From Mobula hypostoma (Eukaryota), in assembly GCF_963921235.1 (NCBI RefSeq), contig NC_086108.1:69690001-69754000 (forward strand): a stretch of DNA of 64,000 nt, in the 5' to 3' direction. This document shows, in pieces, positions 26,771-40,316 of the stretch. A model generated the notes under the pieces. It did no database searches and had not been told where the DNA came from. It saw only the letters and a program-made list of their open reading frames with translations. Position 1 is the first letter of the stretch. Every line of letters begins with the position of its first letter. A program made the translations under genes and the position numbers.

Positions 26771-27345
26771 TATGAACCCAATAAGGCGAGAGGAAATTCA
26801 GTTGGGAGGGAGAACAAAGCACCAAAGCTAAGGCTTATATCTGCTTTAAAATGAAGGATGGCAGAATGCGTGAGTTGATTCAGTAGGGCACATAGAAAAT
26901 GCTTAAAAGTGCTTTCATTTCTGACATGCTGATGCTCTGGCTCTTCTGGCATTGTCAGGCATTAGTTTCCCAGAAGTTCTGTGGTATGGTTCCATTTAAG
27001 ACTATAAAATATTTGAAGGACTGTGTTGGACAGGCTTTTGGGATTGTTCCAGAAACCTGAAGAATTGTGTTGACCTTCAGGATGTTGTTGCAGGAACCAA
27101 AAATGCCAGATTGGGTTAGAAGTCTATTTCCTTAAAAGAACCTTGGTTACTCCAAATATATTTTATAATAGTCTGTTAGTTCCATGATCATTATTAATTA
27201 TCTGTATCCAAGGCTGTAGACTGATGGAAGTGTTTTTTTCCCCCAGTACATTGCTCCCTATGTTTGCTTCAACTAAACTCTGGTTAAGTGTAGAATATTT
27301 AATAGCTGTGTAATATTCCCCTTATTTTTCCAGCATTGTGTAAGC

Positions 27346-27566
27346 CAGTGGTCCCCAACCACTGTATTTTGCAAAGCATGTGCTACTGGGCCGTGAGGAA
27401 AAGATGTGATTTGGCGATATGAAACTATATGAGTCAGCTGCACCTTTCCTCATTGCCTGACACGCACTGTTGAACTTGAACATTCCCCCCAACCCCCTGT
27501 CGGCCGGTCCGCAAGAATATTGTCATATTAAATCGGTTCACGGTGCAAAAAGGTTGGGGACCCCTG
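27346..27566 (+). mobile_element. 221-bp Buster-type hAT MITE, same family as 7403-8623
   Basis: TIRs cagtggtccccaacc / ggttggggacccctg; TSD gtgtaagc at 27338-27345 and 27567-27574. Confidence 0.93.
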
Positions 27567-30194
27567 GTGTAAGCATTACCTGATCAATGTTTTCTTTTAA
27601 AGATGTTATCTGAAAGTCCAAAGATATGTCCAAAGCCTCAATGTGAGCAATGTTCTAAGCTTTCGTGCTGGTGCCACTTAAATTACATGAACTTAGTAAT
27701 TTACATTACATTAAAAATTAATTTCCATAAAAGGAAATTCCATTTGAAATAAGAAAAGATATTGTTGACTTTCACTACTTTCTCATTAAAAGAGAAATGA
27801 GAGAGTAATGAGATTACAATTAAATCTCTGTATTTTGCATATTTTCCCCTAGACTATTGCAGATGCAAGTTCTAGTTCCTCTCCAAGCCACTAACTATTC
27901 CGGATAAAAATTGATGTTCCTTTGTCATTGGGGCTAAGACGTGCTACTCTCCATCCTGCATTGCAGGAATACTTTCACTAGAAGGAATGTGGTGATTCAA
28001 GAATTTGATTTATCGTTACCTATTCAATAGGAAATGAGGCCGGACAAAAAATGTTGTCCTTGCCATGCCCATAACCTTTAAACTATTTTTAAAAAATTAC
28101 CAATGAAGTTCAAGTGAAGGTTGTTATCATTTAACTATATGTGTACTGTTGAATGAGACAATGTTTCTCTAAAGCATGTAGAACACGTAACACACATGTA
28201 ATGCATAATAACTTAGGAAAATAAGGATAAAATCTACAGATGAATTATGCATAAATAAAGTAAAGGGCATTGAAGTGGACGTTTGAAATACTTGCATGTC
28301 AGGATATATCTGTGGTGAGAGAATCTAGAATTTCATATTGATCAAATATTGATGCAATTCAAGGAAAAACACTGTCTTTCAGTGGCAACTTCTGAATTCC
28401 AACCTAGAATTCAGTAGTTTTTCATCACAGACATCTCATTTGTTTTTGTTTCCATTCATGGTGCAGATAATTGAACTGAGGAATTTGATTATTTGATTTA
28501 AAGCAGACAAGGTTTGTAGACTCTGCTATGTTGCACAAGACATAATCAATTTGCTTCATTCATGTCTCGAGCAAGAAATTATTATTTTCTGTTGAAGTGT
28601 CAGCTTACTTTGTACTGAACGCATTATTAGTCTTCACAATTATTATGTTTACTTCTGTTACGTTGACTAATTACTTATATATGACTTGCACAAAAATGGT
28701 AATTTAATCTGTTTGTTTAGAAATCATCAGTATCAGAGGTATGTGAAAGATGTAATTGCCAAATGTAGTTTTATCTTCAGTTACAAGATTTAAGAACATC
28801 AGTGTTGGTCATCAATAATGCAATGAAATTCAAGGTCATGTCATTCCATTTTCATGAATGAATTAAATGTTAAATATTTTATATCGGAAATTAAAATTTG
28901 TTCTGTGTAACCTTTTGTATTCATCTTTGAAGGCTCTTTGTTATTTTCTACTTTATTGAGTAAGTGCTTATTCAAGGGGAGGTAGGAGGGAAGAACTGAA
29001 AGGAGGGTCTGTGTTAGCACTGAAGGAAGGAGAGACTGACATGACCAATAGATTAAGATACAATGCACAGGTATGATAATGGAACAAGGAAAGAAACATA
29101 AGATGGGTTGATAAGAGATGTAAATTGCAGCAATGGAATCGTTACTGATAGCAGTTGTCCAAATAAATTAGTATTAATAATTTCATATAATTATTGTCGA
29201 TTCAATGTTGAGTGTGTGGCACTTTAAATGTATCCACCTGAAAGATGAGGCGCAGTTCCTTGAACTTCCTCTGAGCATCATTAGAATGCTAAATAGGAGG
29301 GTGGGAGAGTTCAAGGGCAAGAGGGTTGGTATGAAGTGGTAGAGAGTTAACGTGACAGGAAGCTCTGATCGTGTTTGCAGACTGAACAAAGGTATTTCAC
29401 AGTAATGGTATTATAATTAAATGAAGTTCAGAGCTTAAAGAACAGATGCACCACTAACATGTATAGCAGCAAATGGCAATTACTCTCCTCTTGGCACAGA
29501 TTTGAAATCATTTAGCCATTTGAGCTACTCTTATACACAGTACTTGCTAAATGTAGAATTTTGTTTCTTAATGTTGATCATGGATTCTGCAATCCATTGC
29601 AAGTATTATGAGCACAAGCTGTTCCCTTACACAGAACAAAATGTGCATAATTTCTGAACAAGCTTAATTTACGTTACTACTGAGTATGTAACCCAGCCTT
29701 AATTTTTTTAGAAAGTTTATATAGAGCTGTGTGATATACTGGAGGATCCTTTAGCACTGATCAATGATAAATTAAGTACTGCTGCCTGAACATAACTGCA
29801 GGTCACCCGCATGTTTTGTATAGGAAACAAAGTTAAGATGGGGAACCACGCAACTCATAGAAAATCAGCAACGTTGCATAAAGTAAATGTTCTCGGACAA
29901 TATTTGACATTCCTTGAAACTCTGATTCTGAGTAAACCCATTCAGAAGAAATACTACTTTGAGTTAAAGTATGTGGTATTCTACATAATGAAAGCCATCT
30001 TTGGCATCCTCAGTTATAACACAGTCACAGAATTTCATGAATTCAATTTAAAGCAGGCCAAGGTAATTTACCAAATGCTGCCATACCCTTCGAATGTAAT
30101 CTGTATTGAATTCGGACTGATTTTATAGCTGTCCATGTGGTCCTGTTACTGTGCTAAATAGGGCAGACTAGGAAAACAATATAGAACAGCACAG

Positions 30195-31600
30195 ACAACA
30201 GGAATTCTGCAGATGCTGGAAATTCAAGCAACACACATAAAAGTTGCTGGTGAACGCAGCAGGCCAGGCAGCATCTCCAGGAAGAGGTACAGTCGACATT
30301 TCAGGCCGAGACCCTTCATCAGAACTAACTGAAGGAAGAGTGAGTAAGGGATTTAAAAGTTGGAGGGGGAGATCCAAAATGATAGGAGAAGACAGGAGGG
30401 GGAGGGATGGAGCCAAGCGCTGGACAGGTGATAGGCAAAATGGATACGAGAGGCTCATGGGACAGGAGGTCCGGGAAGAAAGACAAGGAGGGCAGTGGGG
30501 GGAGGACCCAGAGGCTGGGCAAAGGGTATATTCAGAGGGACAGAGGGAGAAAAAGGAGAGTGAGAGAAAGAATGTGTATAAAAATAAGTAACAGATGGGG
30601 TACGAGGGGGAGGTGGGGCATTAGCGGAAGTTAGAGAAGTCGATGTTCATGCCATCAGGTTGGAGGCTACCCAGACGGAATATAAGGTGTTGTTCCTCCA
30701 ACCTGAGTGTGGCTTCATCTTTACAGTAGAGGAGGCTGTGGATAGACATGTCGGAATGGGATGTGGAATTAAAATGTGTGGCCACTGGGAGATCCTGCTT
30801 TCTCTGGCGGACGGAGCGTAGGTGTTCAGCAAAGCGGTCTCCCAGTCTGCGTCGGGTCTCACCAATATATAAAAGGCCGCATCGGGAGCACCGGATGCAG
30901 TATATCACCCCAGCCGACTCACAGGTGAAGTGTTGCCTCACCTGGAAGGACTGTTTGGGGCCCTGAATGGTGGTAAGGGAGGAAGTGTAAGGGCATGTGT
31001 AGCACTTGTTCCGCTTACACGATAAGTGCCAGGAGGGAGATCAGTGGGGAGGGATGGGGGGGACGAATGGACAAGGGAGTCACGTAGGGAGCGATTCCTG
31101 CGGAATGCGGGGGGGGGGGGAGGGAAAGATGTGCTTAGTGGTGGGATCCCATTGGAGGTGGCGGAAGTTACGGAGAATAATATGTTGAACCCGGAGGCTG
31201 GTGGGGTGGTAGGTGAGGACCAGGGGAACCCTATTCCTAGTGGGGTGGCGGGTGGATGGAGTGAGAGCAGATGTATGTGAAATGAGGGAGATGCGTTTAA
31301 GAGCAGAGTTGATAGTGGAGGAAGGGAAGCCCCTTTGTTTAAAAAAGGAAGACATCTCCCTCGTCCTAGAATGAAAAGCCTCATCCTGAGAGCAGATGCG
31401 GCGGAGACGGAGGAATTGCGAGAAGGGGATGGCGTTTTTGCAAGAGACAGGGTGAGAAGAGGAATAGTCCAGATAGCTGTGAGAGTCAGTAGGCTTATAG
31501 TAGACATCAGTGGATAAGCTGTCTCCAGAGACAGAGACAGAAAGATCTAGAAAGGGGAGGGAGGTGTTGGAAATGGACCAGGTAAATTTGAGGGCAGGGT
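30195..31600 (-). mobile_element. Penelope-like retroelement, 5'-truncated, inserted in a CR1 3' tail
   Basis: HPALKFTWSIS...LPFLD, GVIYCIRCSRCGLLYIGETRRRLGDRFAEH; 11-bp TSD gaacagcacag at 30184-30194 and 31601-31611. Confidence 0.93.
30291..30326 (-). ncRNA. Minimal hammerhead motif in the Penelope terminal repeat
   Basis: Minus strand reads agtt-CTGATGA-agggtctcggcct-GAAA-tGTC-gact. Confidence 0.65.
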
Positions 31601-34600
31601 GAACAGCACAGTACAGGCCCTTCGGCCTCAATGTTGTGCTAACCCTTTAACCTATTCTAAGATCAATCTAATCCTTCCATTCCACATTCTTCTTTTGTCC
31701 ATGTGCCTACCTAAGATTCTCTGAAATGTTCCTAATATTTTTGCCTTTACCGCTACCTCTAGCAGCATGTTCCTTGCATCTACCACTCAGTGTAAAAAAA
31801 AAAGCCTACCTCTCATATCCCCCTTTTCTTTCCTCTAAATACCTAAAAGTTATGCCCCCTCATATTAGCCACTTCTGCCGGATGGGGGGGGGGAGGTGGG
31901 GAGGGGGGAAGTCTCTGGCTTTCCACTCTACTTCTGCCTTTTATCATCTTGCATATCTCTGTAAAGTCAGTCATCCGTCACCCTCCTCTTCAACCTATTC
32001 TCAATGCTCTCTAATCCAGGCAGCATCCTGTTGAATCTCATCTGTATTCTCTAAAGCAGGGATTTCCAATCAGGTGTCCACAGACCTCTCGCTTAATGGT
32101 TTTGGTTCATGGCGTAAAGAAGGTTGTGAACCTCTCTTCCAAAGTTTCCACATCTTTTGTATAGGGGCAACTCCAGAACTGAACACAACATTTGAAGTGT
32201 GGTTAACCAGAGTTTAAAGGAGGTGCAGCATTACCTTGCGGCTCTTGAACTCAGTCCCCTGATTAATGAAGGCCAATATACCTTAATCATCAATTAGTGG
32301 TGCAACTTTGAGAGACCTATGGATGTAGACCCCAACAATTTCCTCTGTTCCGTCATTCTGTTAAGGATCCTGTCATTAACCCTGTATTCTGCCTTCAAGT
32401 TTGACTTTCCAAAGTGAATCACTTCACACTTTTCCAGATTGAATTCCAATTGCAAAATCTCAGGTCAGCTCTGCATCCTAACCAATGACAACCTTCTACA
32501 CTTTCCCACAATAGCACCAACCTTCATGTCATCTGCAAATGTACTAGCCCACCCTTCCACTTTGCCATTGAAGTCTTTGCTAAAAATCACAAAGAGCAGG
32601 GGTTTCAGAACAGACCATGCAGAATACCACTAGTCACCGACCTCGAGACAATTTACTCTCTCTTCCGGTTTAAGGTGTTGCCTCTGAAGAGAAGTGACAG
32701 TTCACTGGTAGTTCAAAAGGCAAGAAATTCGACTACAAACATTACTAATAGCACCGTTTCTGAAGTAAATTGTGGTAAACTATCACTGCAAACAATAAAG
32801 AGGCAAGTAAAGGCGAAGCAAATTCAAGGGATGAGCTGTGCTGGTGCTTTGCAAAATTGAAACAGATAGAGTTGGAGTGAGCAATTTGGAGAGAAGCAAT
32901 TGAGGCAGAAGAGTTTCGAGGCCCATCCAACTAACCTGGTTGTGAGGTTGGATCAGTCTAAGCGCCGAGCTGATTTGGAGAGGTCAAGAATGGCTTCAGG
33001 CTGGGTGGCGTGGTCTAGGCCTAGAGTGTTTCACAGTAGCGGGACCCAGTTCCTAATGTAAGACACAATCTGCTATTTGGACAATTTAAACGCTGGCCCA
33101 GATAGACTGGAAAGGCAGTGTTTTGGGACCAGAGGCAAGAATCAGGCTGATTTCATTCACTGTCCTGTGATGTGCACTCCTCTCTCTGTGACACTGAGCT
33201 GTGAGACTGACCTGGCTCCTCTACTCCGTGTCTGTTAACTTCCTAGCAATTTGGCCCACTTATATGATGAGTGGGCTTTGGGCCCACTCTGGGCTGCTCC
33301 GAGGATTCGGATCTAAGGATTCAATTTGGTTTGGAATGCTGTGCTTGCTTCTTTTGATTGCATAATTTGTGTTTTTTTTTGTCTCTTTCTCTGTACATTG
33401 GGTCTTGGTCATTATTTTTGTTTTAAATTGGGTTCTTTCGGGTTTCTTACTTTGTGGCTGCCAGTAAGCAGACAAGTTTCAAGGCTGTATAATTTATACA
33501 TTTCTTTGATAATGTACTTGAATCTTGAATCTACAATCATTCTTTACCTTCCATGAGCATGCCAATTTTGAATCCTTGTAACCAAGTTTTCCTCCAGACT
33601 TTCTGAATAAGCCTACCTTGTATGATCTTGTCAAATGCCTGACTAAAATCCATATGCCTCACATCCACTACTTTGCCTTCATCAGTTTGTTTATTTCACT
33701 TTCCCAAAGAATTCAATCAAGTTGTGAGGCAGTCAGACTCTGCTTCTCCAAATACTCGTAAATCTTATCTCTAAGAATCCTCTCCAAAGAGGGGGAAATT
33801 AAAATAATATGTCTGTAATACAAGTTTAGCCATCATAAGCACTGTTTTGTAGATCAATCTGATCTTCTCTCTTGTGTTCTGCAACATGCTTCACTCCTGC
33901 ATCATCCAGAGTTTGTCACCTGATTCAGGTCTATACAAGTTAATATGAAGATAGAAATTGTGAGAAGAACCAAATTGGGAGGATAATAATAGTTTAGATA
34001 TCTAGAGGCAGGTACACTCATGAAGTTTAAGAGACTACTAGACAGGTATATGGAGGAATTTAAGGTGGGGGTTATATGGGAGGCAGGGCTTGAGGGTCGG
34101 CACAACATTGTGGGCTGAAGGGCCTGTAATGTGCTGTACTGTTCTATGTTCTATATGTGTTTTGCACAGGTGGATGTACTTGTTGACCTCAAAGCTACCA
34201 AATTAAAGCAGGGATAAGGATTATAAGGCATTTGGCGGTGTAACTTATTGAATTTATAGTGAGAAGCTATAGGTAATAGATTTCTAAATGAACCATGAGT
34301 TACAAAGGGAAGGACGGGCAACTGTGGGCCAGCTTAGCAAACAAAAACAGTTAAAACTAGAGACTGAATGGAGCATCAGGGTTTCAGTAAGTAGGTATTA
34401 GGTAAGATCTTGCTGGACCTGGACCATTCCTTGGCCCATGTACTAGCCTTTCATTACACTTGCCTTTTGTGGCCATATTGCCCCTAATGTCCTTGCAATG
34501 ATGTTGTAGCCTCTCTGCAATGAGGAGAGCAGGCTGCATGTAATAACTAGGCTTTGGGTAGTGGAAACTAATGTCCTTTACATGAATTCCCTTGACTGTT

Positions 34601-34879
34601 CGTTTAGCTGCTTCTGCTGTCAAAGCCTTGATCATTGTTTCTAAATAACTAGAAATGTTTAGAAATAATGGAAAGACATTTCAATAATCCTATTTTTAAA
34701 AACATATTACAAATTGTTAATTAACTTCTACAATATACTTATTAATGTTCACTTAATAAAAGCTTCTGACCTCTCCACTTAGAACTTGATGCAATCCTCC
34801 CAATGATTTCAGGAGCAGAACAGGAGATCAGATGTTCCTGCTGGAAATAAGAGCTTTGAAATTGCAGCTCAGCTATTAG

Positions 34880-37800
34880 ACCATAAGACAAAGGAGCAGA
34901 AGTCGGCCGTTCGGCCCATTGAGTCTGCTCCGCCATTTTATCATGAGCTGATCCATTCTCCCATTTAGTCCCACTCCCCCGCCTTCTCACCGTAACCTTT
35001 GATGCCCTGGCTACTCATAGATACCTATCAATCTCTGTCTTAAATACACCCAATGACTTGGCCTCCACTGCTGCCTGTGGCAACGAATTCCATAGATTCA
35101 CCACCCTCTGACTAAAAAAATTTCTTCGCATTTCTGTTCTGAATGGACGTCCTTCAATCCTTAAGTCATGCCCTCTCGTATTAGACTTCCCCCATCATGG
35201 GAAACAACTTTGCCACATCCACTCTGTCCATGCCTTTCAACATTCGAAATGTTTCTATGAGGTCCCCCCCGCCCCCCCATTCTTCTAAACTCCAAGGAAT
35301 ACAGTCCAAGAGCGCACAATCGTTCCTCATATGTTAACCGTCTCATTCCCGGAATCATTCTAGTGAATCTTCTCTGTACCCTCTCTAACGTCAGCACATC
35401 CTTTCTTAAACAAGGAGACCAAAACTGCCCACAGTACTCCAAGTGAGGTCTCACCAGCGCCTTATAGAGCCTCAACATCATATCCCTGCGCCCATACTCT
35501 ATTCGTCTAGAAATGAATGCCAGCATTGCATTCGCCTTCTTCACTACTGACTCAACCCTGAGGTTAACTTTAAGGGTATCCTGTACGAGGACTCCCAAGT
35601 CCCGTTGCATCTCCGACTTTGAATTCTTTCCCCATTTAAATAATAGTCTGCCCATTTATTTTTTCTGCCAAAGTGCATAACCATACACTTTCCAACATTG
35701 TACTTCATTTGCCACTTCTCTACCCATTCTTCCAATCTATCCAAGTCTCTCTGCAGACTCTCTTTCCTCAGCACTACCGGCCCCTCCACCTATCTTTGTA
35801 TCGTCAGCAAACTTAGCCACAAAGCCATCTATTCCATAATCCAAATCGTTGATGTACAATGTAAAAAGAAGCGACCCCAACACGGACCCCTGTGGGACAC
35901 CACTGGGAACCGGCAGCCAACCAGAATAGGATCACTCTGTTCCCTGCCAATCAGCCAATGCTCTATCCACGTATGTAACTTTCCCATAATTCCATGGGCT
36001 CTTATCTTGTTAAGTAGCCTCATGTGTGGCACCTTGTCAAAGGCCTTCTGAAAATCCAAATATACAACATCCACTGCATCTCCCTTGTCTAGCCTACTGG
36101 TAATTTCCTCAAAAAATTGTAATAGGTTTGTCAGGCAGGATTTTCCTTTAAGGAATCCATGCTGAGTTCTGCCTATTTTGTCATATGCCTCCAGGTACTC
36201 CGTAATCTCATTCTTGACAATCGACTCTAACAACTTCCCAACCACTGATGTCAAGCTAACAGGTCTATAATTTCCTTTTTGCTTCCTTGCCCCCTTCTTA
36301 AATAGCGGAGTGACATTTGCAATCTTCCAGTCCTCCGGAACCATGCCAGAATCTATCGACTTTTGAAAGATCATCGCTAATGCCTCTGCAATTTCCACAG
36401 CTACTTCCTTCAGAACACGCGGGTGCATTCCATCTGGTCCGGGAGATTTATCTACCTTTAGACTATTCAGCTTCCTGAGTACTTTCTCTGTCGTAATTGT
36501 GACTGCGCACACTCCTCTTCCCTGCCACCCTTGAGTGTCCAGTATACTGCTGATGTCTTCCTCAGTGAAGACTGATGCAAAATACTCGTTCAGTTCCTCT
36601 GCCATCTCCTTATCTCCCATTACAATTTCTCCAGCATCATTTTCTATCGGTCCTATGTCTACTCTCACCTGTCTTTTACTCTTTATATACTTGAAAAAGC
36701 TTTTAGTATCCTCTTTGATGTTATTTGCTAGCTTCCTTTCATAGTTAATCTTTTCCCTCTTACTGATCTTCTTGGTTTCCTTTTGTAAGGTTTTAAAAAC
36801 TTCCCAATCCTCTGTCTTCCCACTAATTTTTGCTTCCTTGTACGCCTTCTCCTTTGCTTTAACTTTGGCTTTGACTTCTCTTGTCAACCACGGTTGCATC
36901 CTTTTTCCACTCGAAAATTTCTTCTGTTTTGGAATATACCTGTCTTGCACCTTCCTCACTTCTCGCATAAACTCCAGCCACTGCTGCTCTGCTGTCTTTC
37001 CCTCCAGTGTCCCTTTCCAGTCAACTTTGGCCAGTTCCTCCCTCATGCCACTGTAATTTCCTTTACTCCACTGAAATACCGACACATCAGATTTCGGCTT
37101 CTCTTTTTCAAATTTCACAGTGAACTCAATCATGTTATGATCACTGCTTCCTAAGGGTTCCTTCACCTCAATCTCTCTAATCACCTCCAGTTCATTACAC
37201 AATACCCAATCCGGTACAGCCGATCCCCTAGTTGGCTCAACAACAAGCTGTTCTAAAAAGCCATCTCGCAGACATTCTACAAATTCTCTCTCTTGAGATC
37301 CAGTGCTGACCTGATTTTCCCAATCCACTCGCATGTTAAAATCCCCCACAATTATCATAACACTGCCCTTCTGACAAGCCTTTTCTATTTCCTGTTGTAA
37401 TTTGTAGTCCACATCCCTGCAGCTGTTTGGACACCTACAAATAACTGCCATCAGGGTCCTTTTACCCCTGCAATTTCATAGCTCAACCCATAAAGATTCT
37501 GCACCTTCCGATCCTACATCACCTCCTTCTAATGATTTAATATCATTTCTTACCAATAAAGCCATGCCTCCCCCTCTGCCTAGCTTCCTATCCTTCCGAT
37601 ACACTGTGTATCCTTGGACGTTCAGCTCCCAGAGACGCGCATCCTTTAGCCAGGTCTCAGTGATGGCCACAATATCATACCTGCCAATCTGTAGCTGTAC
37701 GACAAGATCATCCACTTTATTCCTTATGCTGCGTGCATTTAAGTATAACACCTTAAGACCAGTATTTGGTACTTTTGGCTTTGATTTCACTGTAACTTTA

Positions 37801-38301
37801 TTGCACTGCAACTCATCCCAATGGCTACAAATTTGCCCCATCACCTGCCTGTCGTTCCTGACATCTTTACTGCTCACTATCTTAGATTTATTTCTGTTTT
37901 CCCCTTCCTCCGCTCTGTCATTCTGGTTCCCATCCCCCTGCCAAATTAGTTTAAACCCTCCCTGACAGCTCTATTAAACTTTCCCGCCAGGATATTGGTC
38001 CCCTTTGGGTTCAGGTGTAACCTGTCCTTTTTGAACAGGTCATACTTGTCCCAGAAGAGATCCCAATTATCCAAGAATCTGAAGCCCTGCCCCCTACGCC
38101 AGTCTCTCAGCCACGCATTCATTTGCCTGATCCTACTATTCTTGCCCTCACTAGCACGTGGCACAGGTAGCAATCCCAAAATTACTACCCTGGAGGTCCT
38201 GCTTCTCAACTTCCTTCCTAACTCCTGGAAATCTCTCTTCAGGACCTCATCCTTTGTCCTATCTATGTCATTGGTACCAACATGTACCAAGACAACTGGC
38301 T
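34880..38301 (-). mobile_element. Long CR1 LINE: ORF1 esterase C-half plus ORF2 (APE and RT) with a few frameshifts
   Basis: ORF1 VHVGTNDI...DRLHLN (SGNH esterase); ORF2 YLNARSI, ITETWL, SSDHNMI, NYRPVSLTS, DFQKAFDKVPH; possible TSD tattag at 34874-34879 and 38302-38307. Confidence 0.95.
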
Positions 38302-39624
38302 TATTAGTGAGTAGATTAACCTAGGTAAAGGAAATTTAAGGTAAAGTGTTTTCAGTATACATGCAGAGATTACATATTTTCAGGAGGGCCACTTACCCCT
38401 GCTTGATTATATACAGAAATATCAATACTCTGTACTGCATTGTTAATATTTCACAGAAGATGATGATCACTGTTAAACAGAATGGTAACAAATGAATTTG
38501 TGACAATTGGCTTCAAATACTGTTCATGTGTATAAGCCTGAATTTGTGCTCTCACTGGTTCCCTAATTGACTTCTCCAATTTCTTCCTCCACTGGCTCTC
38601 AAGCGCAAGCTGACTTATCCTGGTGACAATCATTTGAGGCTTATAAATTCAGTAGCTTGATTTAACACCCTGACAGTAAGACTATTTAGAATAGTTGGCA
38701 TAATTCTTGCAAAAGCAATGGGTGAGTTTATATGTTGCACTGTATAATTCAGATTCTTTTTTGATGTCACATGTTTGAGGAGAACGAGCTTAAAAATATA
38801 ATTAAAAAGCAGATTATGGAAATTTGATACAAACCAACATAAAAATGGGTGCAGTGGTCAGGAGGTGTATGTAAAGCGAATATTTTGCATGCAAACTATT
38901 CAGGATTCTTTTGTTAACCCAGACTGTTTTTACTTGGTTTTTAACCTTTTATCTGTATCTAAAATTTATTTAAAATGCACGTTAACATGCTTCTATATAA
39001 TATTTGGTCATTGCAGTAAAGATGGAGTTACCCAGTATAAAAAATTAATGTATTTTTGATTAGCCAACCTTTGGAAACTGCTGTCTAGCACAATAATTAT
39101 TAACATTTTCTGAAAATGTATGTTATGTTAATATAGATCATCATTGAATGTCTGCCAAGAGCATGTGGGGGTGGGGGTGGGGGGGGGGGAAGAATGCTGG
39201 TGATCATTGGCAGAAACCTTGAATTCAGTGGGAAGTTTTCATATTTTTGTAATATTTAATTTTAAAAATACTTGTGCATAATTGCAGGAATGTTGATTAA
39301 TTTGTTCAGCTTTTCTTTTAAAGCTAGTGTTTGAAATGTATTGATTATGCTTTTATTGGTGACAAATGTGTTTATAAAATCTGCAGTGCATCTGATGAAT
39401 TTCTTGTAGCAGTGTTAAGCATTTTCCCTTTAGAAAACAAAATGCTTGCAAGTTTCAGATTGTTGGGGATTTTCTATAAAATCTCATGGGAAAGATCGAT
39501 GCATACTGTATGTTGTTTTTTGCATTGTTTGGATTCTCTCGCATTCGGGTTCTGAACATTACTGTGCAGTGAGCTGGTGATGTCACTGCTTGCTTCACCA
39601 GGCTTTTTGGTCTCTCTTTCACAG

Positions 39625-39703
39625 GGAGCTGTGATTGGTATAGACGATGAGGATGACAGCACCTTCACGGTCACTGTGGATCAGAAGACATTCCATTTTC
39701 AAG
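39625..39703 (+). CDS. OSBPL9: OSBPL9 coding exon 3
   Basis: Acceptor tctctctttcacag; 79 nt encoding [26 protein letters not shown] plus 1 nt; donor GTGAGA at 39704 (phase 1). Confidence 0.96.
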
Positions 39704-40276
39704 GTGAGAGCAGAGCGATTCCAACATGCATTTGAAGGGCTGAAAGTACTTTGATTGTGGAGATGTTGAATGAAAGCAGGCACTTGAAATTTTGTGCATG
39801 AATATGTATTTTAACAGACCATGTGAAGCATGCATGAAACTGAATATTCTAGAACTTGATTATTTAACAGGTTAAATACTAGGTATTTTGCAACTACATT
39901 AAAACCATGTTAAATGAGGATCCGTCTTCACCTGATTTTGGATACTATGTAAAAAAAAATAAAGGAGAAGTTATGAAGAGATCCTGTTATCTGTTTACAA
40001 TTTTATGAACTGCTTAATGCTCTTTTAACTGCTGCTGTACAGCCAGAGGACTGGCAGCACTGGCAGGGCAGTGACCAAGCCAAGCAGGGTTGTGCCTCAA
40101 CTGAGTACTGCAGATGTGCATTAACGGGAAAGCTGAAAGCAGCATTTGTCTTTAAGGTGGAGACTTGTGTTCTGCAAACCTACAATTTCTTCCACTGGCA
40201 TTATTTGTCTCTTCATTTATGTGCCATCATTGCATTCTCTTCCTGATTTTATTGCTAATTTGACCAGCTTTTTGTC

Positions 40277-40316
40277 ATGTTTCGTCACTGTATGCTGTGG
40301 TTCACCGGTAGGAAGG
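40277..40316 (+). CDS. Candidate alternative first coding exon of OSBPL9 (MFRHCMLWFTGRK, phase 1)
   Basis: gtcATG, 13 codons plus 1 nt, then AGG|GTAAGG. Same phase as the exon 3 donor; lies in DNA with no recognisable TE. No transcript evidence. Confidence 0.4.

Noticed and set aside
32057..32136. Tiny hAT-like MITE of about 80 bp
   Set aside because: TIRs and TSD (ctctaaag / ttccaaag) are too degenerate to call confidently.
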